The notes below the pieces were generated by a model, which saw nothing but the letters and a program-made list of their open reading frames with translations, was not told the origin of the DNA and made no database searches. Of a DNA stretch of 64,000 bases, positions 16,673 to 26,698 are shown one piece after another. The DNA comes from an uncultured Peptostreptococcaceae bacterium (GTDB taxonomy: Bacteria; Bacillota; Clostridia; Peptostreptococcales; Anaerovoracaceae), in contig CAJUQR010000004.1 of the NCBI GenBank assembly GCA_910588185.1, positions 146,248 through 210,247 on the forward strand, in the 5' to 3' direction. Numbering within the stretch: position 1 is the stretch's first letter; the number at the start of each line of letters is the position of its first letter. Position numbers and translations under genes: made by a program.

Positions 16673-17845
16673 ATGAACAATGTTTGGCAATTAAAGATAT
16701 GCAGTTTTGGAGTTATAGCGTTAAAGATATTTTTGATAACAGTAACGATACTTACTGTAGGGGGAATAATAAGTGCTTTTTTAATGATTCCTGATAGGTG
16801 GCTTACTTGGCTTTTATGGATATTATGTCTTTCGCTAGCGGAATTTGTGCTGTTTTGGATAGGAATAATATCGGTTTATTGTACTTCTGTGCAGCTTGGC
16901 ATAAAGATAAGAGTGCTTGGAGCAGTTTTGGGTATGATTCCCATACTAAACTTGATATTTTTAATCAAGATTATAAGAACTACATCGATGGAAGTTGAGT
17001 TCGAGAAGAAAAAAATTCAAGTCAATGCTGCAAGAAAAGAAGAAAAAATATGTGAGACAAAGTACCCTGTTTTATTGGTACATGGCGTGTTCTTTAGAGA
17101 TTATAAGTTCCCAAACTATTGGGGAAGGATTCCAAAAGAGCTTGAACTCAACGGAGCTGAAGTTTATTTTGGCAATCAGCAGTCTGCGGCTTCAGTAGAG
17201 GACAGCGGAAAGGAACTTGTCTCGCGTATAAAAGAGATAGTGAAGGCTTGTGGCTGCCAAAAAGTTAATGTTATAGCACATTCTAAAGGTGGACTGGATA
17301 TTAGGTGTGCAGTAAACCAAAGTGATATTGGCAGATATATTGCGTCAATAACTACAATAAATACTCCGCATAGGGGATGTGAATTTGCTCAGTATCTTCT
17401 TGAAAAGATTCCTGTTAAAATGCAAGAAAAGATTGCAGGTACATATAACTCAGCCATGAGAAAGCTGGGTGATAAAAATCCGGATTTTATGGCAGCTGTA
17501 AATGACCTTACAGCTGATACATGCAAAAAAATGGATTCAGGGTTTGGAATTCCTGAGGGGATATTTTGCCAAAGCGTAGGTTCTAAACTTAACAAAGCAA
17601 CCAATGGAAAATTTCCGCTTAATTTTACCTATAATTTAGTGAAGTATTTTGACGGACCAAATGATGGTTTGGTATCGGAAACATCTTTTGAGTGGGGAGA
17701 AAAATATACTTTTATAACAACTGATGGCAAAAGAGGAGTTTCCCACGGAGATATGATAGATTTAAACAGAGAAAATATAGATGGATTTGACGTAAGAGAG
17801 TTCTATGTCAGCTTAGTAGCAGATTTAAAAAACAGAGGTTTGTAA
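16673..17845 (+). CDS. Membrane-anchored alpha/beta-hydrolase (lipase/esterase)
   Basis: Three to four N-terminal TM helices, then YPVLLVHG and the nucleophile elbow AHSKGG. Confidence 0.75.
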   Translation: MNNVWQLKICSFGVIALKIFLITVTILTVGGIISAFLMIPDRWLTWLLWILCLSLAEFVLFWIGIISVYCTSVQLGIKIRVLGAVLGMIPILNLIFLIKIIRTTSMEVEFEKKKIQVNAARKEEKICETKYPVLLVHGVFFRDYKFPNYWGRIPKELELNGAEVYFGNQQSAASVEDSGKELVSRIKEIVKACGCQKVNVIAHSKGGLDIRCAVNQSDIGRYIASITTINTPHRGCEFAQYLLEKIPVKMQEKIAGTYNSAMRKLGDKNPDFMAAVNDLTADTCKKMDSGFGIPEGIFCQSVGSKLNKATNGKFPLNFTYNLVKYFDGPNDGLVSETSFEWGEKYTFITTDGKRGVSHGDMIDLNRENIDGFDVREFYVSLVADLKNRGL

Positions 17846-17889
17846 CTGTATGCCTTCCCTGAACATATTTTATTAGGGGAGGTTTTGTA

Positions 17890-18471
17890 ATGAGTAAAAG
17901 TATTGTATTAAATTGTAGAGTTAAAGGTTACATGGCAACATATGCCTGTATATTAAAAGATATGATTTGCGGCATGATAGAGGCAGAATGCGACGACAGC
18001 ATTTCCGGTAATTTTATTAGGCAGATGATACCTCATCACGTTGCTGCTATAGAAATGTCAGAAAATTTGTTAAAGTACACTGATAATGAAAAGCTGGCCT
18101 GCATTGCTCAGAATATTATAGCTGAAAAGACAGAGAGTATCAGAGATATGCGCAGAGCATTATGTTGCTGCTGCAATTCAATTAATTCTTGCAGAGACTT
18201 ATGTGAGTATAAGTGCAGAATAAATTGCATAATTAAGGAAATGTTCGAAGAAATGAAGTGTGCATACATTGATAACAGCATAGAATGTAATTTTATAAGG
18301 ACAATGATACCTCACCATAAAGGTGCTATAAGGATGGCTAAAACTGCGCTGTGCTATTGCATTTGTGATGAACTTAAGCCTATTTTAGAGTCTATAATAG
18401 ATAGCCAAGAAAAAGGCATTGCAGAAATGGAGTGCATAGCAGAGTGTCTTAATTGCAGATGCATGAGATAG
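17890..18471 (+). CDS. DUF305-family protein, unusually Cys-rich, no signal peptide
   Basis: Two copies of the F-I-R-x-M-I-P-H-H-x-x-A-I-x-M motif. About 22 Cys in 193 aa, including CCCC. RBS is GGGGAGG. Confidence 0.6.
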   Translation: MSKSIVLNCRVKGYMATYACILKDMICGMIEAECDDSISGNFIRQMIPHHVAAIEMSENLLKYTDNEKLACIAQNIIAEKTESIRDMRRALCCCCNSINSCRDLCEYKCRINCIIKEMFEEMKCAYIDNSIECNFIRTMIPHHKGAIRMAKTALCYCICDELKPILESIIDSQEKGIAEMECIAECLNCRCMR

Positions 18472-18503
18472 AATTTATTGTATTAACAATAATTTTTTCT
18501 TTG

Positions 18504-18535
18504 AAATCCCGCCAAATTAAAAATGGCGGGATTTT
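18504..18535 (+). terminator. Rho-independent terminator
   Basis: Stem AAATCCCGCC/GGCGGGATTT followed by a short T-run. Confidence 0.6.
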
Positions 18536-18613
18536 AATTGAAATATGTGGACTGATTCAAAGCTTTGATTTATAATTGTTTTATTGAGAAAGATAATAAG
18601 ATGAGGTGAATAT

Positions 18614-19105
18614 ATGTTCAGAGAAATGCGCAGAAAAAAACAGCAGCTTCCGCAAAGCGAGACTGTACAAATAGTTAACGAAGCAACTTGTGCAATAGTA
18701 GGAGTTATAGGTGATGAGGGTTATCCGTATACGTTTCCGATAAGTCATGTTTTTGATGAAGCTAATAATAAACTATATTTTCACTCAGCTAAATCGGGAC
18801 ATAAAATAGACGCTATCAAGGCCAATTCAAAAGTATCTTTTAGTATAGTGGGTAGGGATGATGTGGCTCCGACTGAATATACCACTTATTTTAAAAGTGT
18901 TCATGGATTTGGAAGTGCATACATAGTTGAAGACGATGAGGAAAGGGCTAAAGCGTTCACTCTTTTGGCAGAAAAGTTCTGTCAGGAGGGTATGTATAGG
19001 TTTGATAAGATTATGACTGATGAAGCGCCTGCTGCAATGGTGGTTGCTATAGATATTGAACACATGACAGGCAAAGAAGCCATAGAGCTTACAAGAATGA
19101 GATAA
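18614..19105 (+). CDS. Pyridoxamine-5'-phosphate-oxidase-fold protein of the Nim (5-nitroimidazole reductase) family
   Basis: N-terminus MFREMRRKKQ and GYPYTFPISHV...LYFHSAKSGHKIDAI resemble Nim proteins. Confidence 0.75.
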   Translation: MFREMRRKKQQLPQSETVQIVNEATCAIVGVIGDEGYPYTFPISHVFDEANNKLYFHSAKSGHKIDAIKANSKVSFSIVGRDDVAPTEYTTYFKSVHGFGSAYIVEDDEERAKAFTLLAEKFCQEGMYRFDKIMTDEAPAAMVVAIDIEHMTGKEAIELTRMR

Positions 19106-19109
19106 TGAT

Positions 19110-20750
19110 ATGAAAAATAGAATACTTGAAATTTTTGAAGAGCTGATGGTGATGAAAAGTGTCACTTATTCAGAAAAAGAAAATGAAATAGCAGAGTATT
19201 TTGGGCAGTTTTTTAGGAAACTGCCCTATTTTCAAATTAATCCGGAATATACCGGCGTATATCAAATCACAGGAGATCCTTTTGGAAGAACAATTCCGTA
19301 TGGATTTTTAAAAGGAAAGAGTAATGAAACAGTAATACTCAGCGGTCATTTTGACGTAGTTTCCACTGAAGAGTATGGAAGCGCCCGTAATTTTGCACAT
19401 TCTCCAGGAGAGGGGCTTGAGAAGAAACTCGCTTTGATGGATTTAAATGAAAGAGCAAGAAAAGATTTGGAATCGAGAGAATGGATTTGGGGAAGAGGCA
19501 GCTGTGACATGAAAGGCGGACTTGCGATACACGCTTCACTTTTTGAAGAATATGCCAATATGGCATTGGAAGGTAATCTTGAGGGAAGCATAATCTTTAT
19601 GCTTGTACCTGATGAAGAGTCCTATTCAGCAGGTATGAGAAGCGGAGCACATTTGCTTAAAGAGCTTAAAGATAAATATGGGCTGAGATATAAACTCATG
19701 ATAGATCCGGAACCTACTGCTCTTGCTGGACAAAATCAAGTCATGTCAATAGGTTCAGTTGGCAAATGTATGCCGGCTGTTTTGGTTCAGGGGAAAAAAG
19801 GACATGCGGGACATTTCTTTGAAGGATTGTCTGCAATTAGTGTTTTAAGCTCTATTTTTAGTAAGATAAACGGTTCTTTAGAGTTTTGTGATGTGTATGA
19901 AAAAGAAATGACTGTGCCGCCGACATGGTTTAAGATGAGGGATATGAAGGAGGTTTATGACGTATCCATACCTCATAGAGCTTTCGGATATTTTACAGTT
20001 TTTAGTTTAATTACTACTCCTGAGGACATAATAGATAAGGTTAAAAAAATAAGCAAAGAAGCTTTTTTAGAAGAATCAGCTAAAATAGATGCGGCGTATA
20101 ATAAGTTTAAAGAAGTTACGAGAACCATAGATGGCGGAGTTTCGTATGAGCCTATGGTAATTACTTTTTCACAGCTTAGACGAAAACTTCAAGATGAGAG
20201 AGGAGATGAATTCGAAAACTTCTACAGTGAAGCTAAACAAAAAATTGTGAGCAAAATAAATCAAGGTACTCTCAATTATCCGGATGCAACAATTAAACTT
20301 ATGGAAAAAGTTTTGGATTTTTCGGCTATAAGCAGGCCTGTTGTGCTGATAGGGTTTGCGCCTCCGTATTATATGCCTGTTCACGGTGATAAAGTTAAGC
20401 ATAAAGAAAACTACGGAACTAAGGCCTTTGAATTTGTAAGCAAAATTTCCAAGGAATATTTTAATCAAACTGTTATAAAAGAAAATTATTTTATGGGAAT
20501 TTCAGATTTAAGCTATAGTGCAGTCACGTCGCCTTTTGACTATGAGAGTTACGTTCATAATACAGTTTTGTGGGGCAGCAGTTACAGCATAGACTTTGAT
20601 TGTATTGAAGATATTGCAGTGCCAAGTGTTATATACGGACCTGTAGGACTTGAATACCATCAATTTACAGAACGTGTAAACAAAAAAAGTATGCTTGAAG
20701 TTGTTCCTTATGTAACTAAAAAATTAGTTGAATATATGTGGAGACTGTAG
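19110..20750 (+). CDS. M20-family peptidase, RocB-like (arginine utilisation)
   Basis: Metal-binding region SGHFDVV...GRGSCDMKGG...DEE. Adjacent to arginine deiminase genes. Confidence 0.7.
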   Translation: MKNRILEIFEELMVMKSVTYSEKENEIAEYFGQFFRKLPYFQINPEYTGVYQITGDPFGRTIPYGFLKGKSNETVILSGHFDVVSTEEYGSARNFAHSPGEGLEKKLALMDLNERARKDLESREWIWGRGSCDMKGGLAIHASLFEEYANMALEGNLEGSIIFMLVPDEESYSAGMRSGAHLLKELKDKYGLRYKLMIDPEPTALAGQNQVMSIGSVGKCMPAVLVQGKKGHAGHFFEGLSAISVLSSIFSKINGSLEFCDVYEKEMTVPPTWFKMRDMKEVYDVSIPHRAFGYFTVFSLITTPEDIIDKVKKISKEAFLEESAKIDAAYNKFKEVTRTIDGGVSYEPMVITFSQLRRKLQDERGDEFENFYSEAKQKIVSKINQGTLNYPDATIKLMEKVLDFSAISRPVVLIGFAPPYYMPVHGDKVKHKENYGTKAFEFVSKISKEYFNQTVIKENYFMGISDLSYSAVTSPFDYESYVHNTVLWGSSYSIDFDCIEDIAVPSVIYGPVGLEYHQFTERVNKKSMLEVVPYVTKKLVEYMWRL

Positions 20751-20817
20751 GAGATAATATTTATAAAGAGGAAATAACTGGCACATGAAAAATAATGTAT
20801 GCTGGTACTTTCATTTT

Positions 20818-20846
20818 TTCTACTATAAAGTAAAATTTTAGTAGAA
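20818..20846. promoter_or_regulatory. Inverted repeat TTCTACTA-N13-TAGTAGAA upstream of the OTCase gene (candidate operator)
   Basis: 8-bp perfect arms read directly from the sequence. The regulator is unknown. Confidence 0.25.
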
Positions 20847-20891
20847 TATTTTAATCACTTGTAAATGAAATTATAAAAAAGGAGAGAAAAA

Positions 20892-21887
20892 ATGGCAGTA
20901 AATTTAAAAGGCAGAAGTTTTTTAACACTTATGGATTTCACACCAGAGGAAATCAGATACATGCTTGATTTAGCCCACGATCTTAAGGCAAAGAAGAGAG
21001 CAGGAATTTATAACAACGTATTGTCTGGCAAAAATATTTGTCTGTTGTTTGAAAAGACATCAACAAGGACAAGATGTGCTTTTGAAGTAGCAGCTTTGGA
21101 AGAGGGTGCACATGTAACTTTCTTGGACAGCAAGAGTTCACAGATGGGTAAGAAAGAGTCTTTGGAAGATACAGCTAAAGTTCTTGGAAGATTCTATGAT
21201 GGTATTGAATACAGAGGATATGAGCAGAAAGTAGTTGAAGATTTAGCTAAGTATGCTGGAGTACCTGTATGGAACGGATTGACAGACGTTGATCATCCAA
21301 CTCAGATTTTGGCTGACCTGCTTACTATTGAAGAACATATCGCTAAGCCTTTGAACAAAGTTAAAGTGGTATTCGTAGGCGATGTTAGAAATAATATGTC
21401 TTATGCTTGGATGTATGGATGCGCTAAGATGGGTATGCATTTTGTAGCTTATGGACCTGCTGAGTTGGCTGAACAAGTTGATTCTGCAGTAGTTGAAAAA
21501 GTAAGAGAAGTTGCAAAAGAAACAGGCGCTATAATTGAAATCAGTTCAGACGCTGCTTGCCTTAAAGGTGCAGATGTTATTTATACAGATATTTGGGCTT
21601 CAATGGGAGAAGAAGACCAGATCCCTGAAAGAGTAAGAATGCTTACTCCGTTCAGAGTAACTAAGGAAATGCTTGATGCAACAGAAAACAGTGATGTTAT
21701 CTTTATGCACTGCCTGCCTTCATTCCATGATTTTGAAACTACTATGGCGCAGAGCCAGAAAGAACTGGGATATGACATTCGTGAAGTAACCGATGAAGTA
21801 TTTAAGTCAAGACATTCAAAAGTATTTGATGAAGCAGAAAACAGAATGCATACAATAAAAGCTGTTATAGTAGCAACTATTGCATAG
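20892..21887 (+). CDS. arcB: Ornithine carbamoyltransferase (catabolic context)
   Basis: STRTR carbamoyl-phosphate motif, HPTQ and HCLP motifs. Clustered with arcA and arcC. Confidence 0.9.
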   Translation: MAVNLKGRSFLTLMDFTPEEIRYMLDLAHDLKAKKRAGIYNNVLSGKNICLLFEKTSTRTRCAFEVAALEEGAHVTFLDSKSSQMGKKESLEDTAKVLGRFYDGIEYRGYEQKVVEDLAKYAGVPVWNGLTDVDHPTQILADLLTIEEHIAKPLNKVKVVFVGDVRNNMSYAWMYGCAKMGMHFVAYGPAELAEQVDSAVVEKVREVAKETGAIIEISSDAACLKGADVIYTDIWASMGEEDQIPERVRMLTPFRVTKEMLDATENSDVIFMHCLPSFHDFETTMAQSQKELGYDIREVTDEVFKSRHSKVFDEAENRMHTIKAVIVATIA

Positions 21888-21989
21888 CGAAAGTGTAGGT
21901 ATTTAGAGTATGGAAGGGGAAGTAAGCTTTCTCTTCCATACGGTGAAATTGAACGTTGGTGTTCATTTCGTGAAAGGAGGACATAAACG

Positions 21990-23213
21990 ATGTATCCTGG
22001 AATTCATAATTTTTCAGAAATAGGTAAGTTAAATAAAGTGCTGCTGCACAGACCTGGCTTAGAATTGGAGGCTTTAACTCCGGCAACGATGGAAAGATTG
22101 CTCTTTGACGATATTCCTTTCTTAAAAATTGCACAAGAAGAGCATGATATCTTTTCAAGGATTCTTACAGAGAATGGAGCTGAAGTAATTTATTATGTAG
22201 ATGAAACTGCAAAAGCACTTGCAGATATAAAAGTAAGAACACAGTTTATTAACGAATTTTTGGATTTAAGTGATATTAAGGCGGAAGGTCTCAGGGATTC
22301 TATAATTGAATTTCTTTTATCTATGGAGCCTGATAAAATGGTTTCAAAATTAATCGCCGGAGTTAAGAAAACTGATTTGAGACATCATGATAAGATAACT
22401 TCTTTGTATGATATGATCGAAAACGATTATCCTTTTGTTTCAGACCCTATGCCTAACTTGTATTTTACAAGAGACCCTGGTGCATGTGTAGGAGACGGAC
22501 TTAATCTTCATCATATGAGTACGCCGGCGAGAAGAAGAGAAGCTTTGTTTCTCAAATACATGTTCAATTATGACAGAGATTTTGCAGTAGAAGGAAATAA
22601 ACTTTGGTATGATGTTTATGAAGACTATTCAATAGAAGGTGGAGATGTTCTCGTACTTTCAAAAGATGTAGTTGCAATTGGCTTATCACAGAGAACTACT
22701 GTCGATGGTATTGAAAGATTTGCTAAAAATCTTTTGCCGAACTCAGACTATAAAAAGATATTGGTATTCGATATTCCTAAGAGCAGAGCATTTATGCACT
22801 TGGATACCGTATTTACAATGATTGATTACGATAAATTTACTATTCACCCTGAGATTGAAGGTCCGCTCAGCGTTTATGAAATTACTTTAGGTGATAACAA
22901 TGAGTTGAAATTCAATGCTGTGAAAGAAGAACTTAGAAAGATTTTGGCAAAAGAGCTTGGAATTCCTTCTGTTGATCTGATAAGGTGCGGCGGCGGAGAT
23001 TTGATGTCGGCGCAGCGAGAACAATGGAACGATGGTTCTAATACATTGTGCATAGCTCCGGGAGCAGTTGTAACTTACGAAAGAAACTATGTTTCCAATG
23101 AACTTATGGATAAAAAAGGAATAAAAGTCCTTACTATGCCTTCATCTGAGCTGTCCAGAGGAAGAGGCGGCCCTAGATGCATGTCATGTCCTGTTAACAG
23201 AGATGATTTATAA
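21990..23213 (+). CDS. arcA: Arginine deiminase
   Basis: 407 aa, conserved FTRDP and a C-terminal catalytic-Cys region GGPRCMSCP. Confidence 0.9.
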   Translation: MYPGIHNFSEIGKLNKVLLHRPGLELEALTPATMERLLFDDIPFLKIAQEEHDIFSRILTENGAEVIYYVDETAKALADIKVRTQFINEFLDLSDIKAEGLRDSIIEFLLSMEPDKMVSKLIAGVKKTDLRHHDKITSLYDMIENDYPFVSDPMPNLYFTRDPGACVGDGLNLHHMSTPARRREALFLKYMFNYDRDFAVEGNKLWYDVYEDYSIEGGDVLVLSKDVVAIGLSQRTTVDGIERFAKNLLPNSDYKKILVFDIPKSRAFMHLDTVFTMIDYDKFTIHPEIEGPLSVYEITLGDNNELKFNAVKEELRKILAKELGIPSVDLIRCGGGDLMSAQREQWNDGSNTLCIAPGAVVTYERNYVSNELMDKKGIKVLTMPSSELSRGRGGPRCMSCPVNRDDL

Positions 23214-23263
23214 AGAGTTATCCCTCATAATAGCAAGATATAATTAAGGAGAAAAATAAAACC

Positions 23264-24205
23264 ATGCAGAAAATTGTTGTTGCATTGGGCGGAAACGCCT
23301 TGCAGTCAGGAAACGGTCCTGCAACTGCAGAAGCTCAATTAGAAGTAGTTAAGAAGACTTGCGAGCATATTGCTGAGATAAGCGGAAGAGGCTATGAACT
23401 GGCTGTAGTTCATGGAAACGGACCTCAGGTTGGAAGAATACTTTTAGCTTCAGAGACCGCAAAAGATGTGACTCCAGCAATGCCTTTTGACGTATGCGGA
23501 GCAATGTCACAAGGATATATTGGATATCATCTTCAGCAAGCTCTAAAGTTTGCCCTCAAGGAAAGAAACAGAAACGTTCCTGTAGTTACCCTTGCTACTC
23601 AGGTAGTAGTAGACCGTGATGACCCTGGATTCAAGAATCCTACAAAGCCTATAGGTCCTTTTTATTCAGAAGGGGAAGCTAAAGCTATGGTAGAAGAAAA
23701 GGGTTATGCTGTAAAAGAAGATGCAGGAAGAGGATGGAGAAGAGTAGTTGCTTCGCCTATTCCTAAAAAGATTGTAGAAATCGATTCTGTAAGAAAACTT
23801 TGGGAGAGTACCATAGTTATCACTTGCGGAGGCGGCGGAATCCCTGTAATTGAAAATGAGGATGGCTCTCTTGAGGGTGTAGCTGCCGTTATAGATAAAG
23901 ATTTTGCAGCAGAGCTTTTGGCTGAAGAAGTCGGTGCAGATGCACTTATGATTCTTACAGAAGTTGAAAAAGTAGCTGTAAATTTCAATAAGCCAAATCA
24001 GGAGGATATTGCACATATGACTTATGCAGAAGCTGAAAAGCACTGCGAGGATGGTCAGTTTGCACCTGGAAGCATGCTTCCTAAGGTTCAGGCGGCAATG
24101 AAATTTGTCAAAGCAAATCCTGATAAGAAGGCTATTATTACTTCTCTTGATAAAGCTGTAGATGCTTTAGAAGGAAAGACTGGTACAGTAATTACATTTG
24201 CATAG
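23264..24205 (+). CDS. arcC: Carbamate kinase
   Basis: N-terminus VVALGGNAL and HGNGPQVG. Confidence 0.9.
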   Translation: MQKIVVALGGNALQSGNGPATAEAQLEVVKKTCEHIAEISGRGYELAVVHGNGPQVGRILLASETAKDVTPAMPFDVCGAMSQGYIGYHLQQALKFALKERNRNVPVVTLATQVVVDRDDPGFKNPTKPIGPFYSEGEAKAMVEEKGYAVKEDAGRGWRRVVASPIPKKIVEIDSVRKLWESTIVITCGGGGIPVIENEDGSLEGVAAVIDKDFAAELLAEEVGADALMILTEVEKVAVNFNKPNQEDIAHMTYAEAEKHCEDGQFAPGSMLPKVQAAMKFVKANPDKKAIITSLDKAVDALEGKTGTVITFA

Positions 24206-24226
24206 TGATTCCAAATAACAAAGAGC

Positions 24227-24255
24227 AAAAGGGCTGTTTTTAAAGCAGCCCTTTT
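24227..24255 (+). terminator. Rho-independent terminator of the arc genes
   Basis: Stem AAAAGGGCTG/CAGCCCTTTT. Confidence 0.7.
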
Positions 24256-24281
24256 GACATTGATAACTATAAAAGGTGTGT

Positions 24282-24845
24282 ATGATGAATAGATCAGAAC
24301 TTAGAAAATCAAAAATTGCAGCAAGAAATAGCCTTTCTCAGGCTCAGAGGGAAGAATATTCCGGCAAAATAGTATCTAGGATTATAGAATCTGAGGAGTT
24401 TAAAAGAGCAAAGACGATTTTAATTTATAGGGCTATAAAAGGTGAGGTCAACATAGATGCTGTTTTGGATATGATAGATACAAAAGATAAGAAATTTGCA
24501 TTTCCTTTGTGTATAAGCGACAGTGAGATGATAGCGCTTGTTCCGCATGATCAAGATTCCTGGAAACCCGGTTATTTTGGAATCATGGAGCCTATACCTG
24601 AAAAGTCTGTTCAGGTTATGCCTGAAGATATAGATATGGTTATATGTCCCTGTACGGTTTTTGATGGAAAATGCTTAAGAATGGGCATGGGAGCAGGATT
24701 CTATGATCGTTATCTTGAAAAGTGCACAAAAGCATACGTCACAGCGGCTTGCTTTGAAGTGCAAAAAACAGATTCTGTTCCTGCCGAGTCATGGGACAAG
24801 CCGATGGATGCAGTTTTTACTGAAAAACAAACATATAGAAGATGA
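24282..24845 (+). CDS. 5-formyltetrahydrofolate cyclo-ligase
   Basis: Family layout with a GMGAGFYDR motif. The start is ambiguous (GTG 24276, ATG 24282 or 24285). Confidence 0.8.
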   Translation: MMNRSELRKSKIAARNSLSQAQREEYSGKIVSRIIESEEFKRAKTILIYRAIKGEVNIDAVLDMIDTKDKKFAFPLCISDSEMIALVPHDQDSWKPGYFGIMEPIPEKSVQVMPEDIDMVICPCTVFDGKCLRMGMGAGFYDRYLEKCTKAYVTAACFEVQKTDSVPAESWDKPMDAVFTEKQTYRR

Positions 24846-24851
24846 TTTAGA

Positions 24852-25469
24852 CTAGTTTATTATTAGCTGAATAAAGTTCCATAAAAGTTTGAACCCATAA
24901 AAGATTATTATGGCGCCGCATATGATGTTTATTATACGTAGAGTTTTGTCGGTGAATTTGGCACTGAACAGTGATATTACAGTTGATACTGTTAAAAACC
25001 ATAATATAGATGCAGATGCAAAACCGCCTACAAAGAGAAAGTCTGTTCCTGCAGGGAGAGTTGCTTTAAATGCACCAAGCATCATACTGCCGTCTATCAG
25101 AGCCTGAGGATTAAACCAAGTAACTACACATGCTGTAGTTATTACTTTTATTATGGGGACGTTGACATCTTTTCCGCCTTCCAAAGTATCGTCTTTAGAA
25201 CGAACAAGTCCGAGACCTATCCAAATTACGATTAAGCTTCCTATGGCAAGTATGATCATTTCCAGCCATTTTGACGATGACATTATAGCCCCTATTCCAA
25301 AAAAACATGCAAGACCTAAAGTCACATCGAAAAATATAACTATAAAAGCTGTAGCATATACTCTTCTTTTTGGCTGAGTGAGCGCCGTATTTATGACAAA
25401 TAGATTTTGAAGTCCTATAGGTGCAACATACGCCAATCCCATAGTCAGACCTTGAAGGTAGATATCCAT
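24852..25469 (-). CDS. LysE/ArgO-family amino-acid exporter
   Basis: About 205 aa with six TM segments and N-terminus GLAYVAPIGLQN. Confidence 0.8.
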   Translation of the reverse strand: MDIYLQGLTMGLAYVAPIGLQNLFVINTALTQPKRRVYATAFIVIFFDVTLGLACFFGIGAIMSSSKWLEMIILAIGSLIVIWIGLGLVRSKDDTLEGGKDVNVPIIKVITTACVVTWFNPQALIDGSMMLGAFKATLPAGTDFLFVGGFASASILWFLTVSTVISLFSAKFTDKTLRIINIICGAIIIFYGFKLLWNFIQLIIN

Positions 25470-25587
25470 TAATAGTCCTCCTAAAAATATATTTACTCCG
25501 TTTTTATTACCTGATATAATTATATTATTGATTAATAATTATTGCAATAAGGCAAAAAAATAATTACCAAGTAAGGAGAACCTTATC

Positions 25588-25938
25588 ATGACAGAAACTC
25601 ACTACGATTGTCCATGTCTTGAAAAATGTCCGCTTAATTACGCTATGTCAATAATAGGCGGCAAATGGAAAATGCAGATTATATGCGCACTTAATAATAA
25701 AGGAACTTTGCGATATAATGAATTGCGTAAAAAATTAGGAGGTATTTCCAATACAGTATTGGCAGCATGTTTGAGAGAATTGGAGGAAAAGGGACTTGTT
25801 CAGAGAAAAGAATATTTAGAAGTTCCTGTAAGGGTAGAGTATTCTACTACTGAGATTTGTGACAGACTTATGCCTATACTTGAAGATTTGAGCAATTGGG
25901 GTGAAGATATGATGAGTGCCAGGAAGGTGATAGAATGA
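25588..25938 (+). CDS. HxlR-family winged-helix transcriptional regulator
   Basis: CP...IGGKWK...L....LRYNEL motif pattern. Confidence 0.8.
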   Translation: MTETHYDCPCLEKCPLNYAMSIIGGKWKMQIICALNNKGTLRYNELRKKLGGISNTVLAACLRELEEKGLVQRKEYLEVPVRVEYSTTEICDRLMPILEDLSNWGEDMMSARKVIE

Positions 25939-26687
25939 AATTGATATCATGGAACGTCAATGGAATAAGAGCCGTTATGAATAAAGGCTTTATGGACTTT
26001 TTTAATAAAATTGATGCAGATATTTTTTGTTTGCAGGAGACTAAGCTGCAGCCGGGACAGATAGAGCTTGAACTGCCGGGATATCATCAATATTGGAATT
26101 ATGCAGAAAAGAAAGGATACTCCGGTACAGCAGTATTTTCAAAGAAAGAACCAATTTCAATAACTTATGGAATCGGAGTTTTGCAACATGATAATGAGGG
26201 ACGTGTAATCACTTTGGAGTTTGAAGATTTTTATTTTGTGACCGTATATACTCCAAACTCCCAAGAGGAACTTAAACGTCTCAGGTACAGAATGGAATGG
26301 GAAGATGATTTTCTCAAATATATAAAAGAGCTTGATGATAAAAAACCTGTAATATATGCAGGGGACTTAAATGTTGCAAGGCTTGATATAGACCTTAAAA
26401 ATCCTAAGGCAAACCGCAAAAATGCCGGTTTTACCGATGAAGAACGTGAAAAAATAGAAAGAGTTTTAGATGAAGGATTTATAGATACTTTTAGATATTT
26501 TTATCCTGAAAAAGAAGAGGCATATTCGTGGTGGTCGTATAGATTCAAAGCTCGTGAAAGAAATGCAGGGTGGCGTATAGATTATTTTATAGCATCTGTC
26601 AAGTTAAAGGAGAGGCTCAAAGATAGCAAGATTCACAGTGATGTGATGGGTTCGGATCATTGTCCGGTAGAGCTTGATATAGAATGA
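25935..26687 (+). CDS. xth: Exodeoxyribonuclease III
   Basis: N-terminus [13 protein letters not shown] and C-terminus SDHCPV. Confidence 0.9.
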   Translation: MKLISWNVNGIRAVMNKGFMDFFNKIDADIFCLQETKLQPGQIELELPGYHQYWNYAEKKGYSGTAVFSKKEPISITYGIGVLQHDNEGRVITLEFEDFYFVTVYTPNSQEELKRLRYRMEWEDDFLKYIKELDDKKPVIYAGDLNVARLDIDLKNPKANRKNAGFTDEEREKIERVLDEGFIDTFRYFYPEKEEAYSWWSYRFKARERNAGWRIDYFIASVKLKERLKDSKIHSDVMGSDHCPVELDIE

Positions 26688-26698
26688 GGAGGTAAGAT

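Noticed and set aside
20778-20800. CTGGCAC upstream of the OTCase gene as a second sigma-54 promoter.
   Set aside because: No TTGC/-12 element lies at the required 10-nt spacing after the GG.
23666-24043. Antisense ORFs inside well-supported genes, for example 23666-24043, 48345-48752, 56539-57048 and 41399-41902.
   Set aside because: Each lies entirely within a conserved, recognisable gene on the opposite strand. They show odd composition and no RBS.
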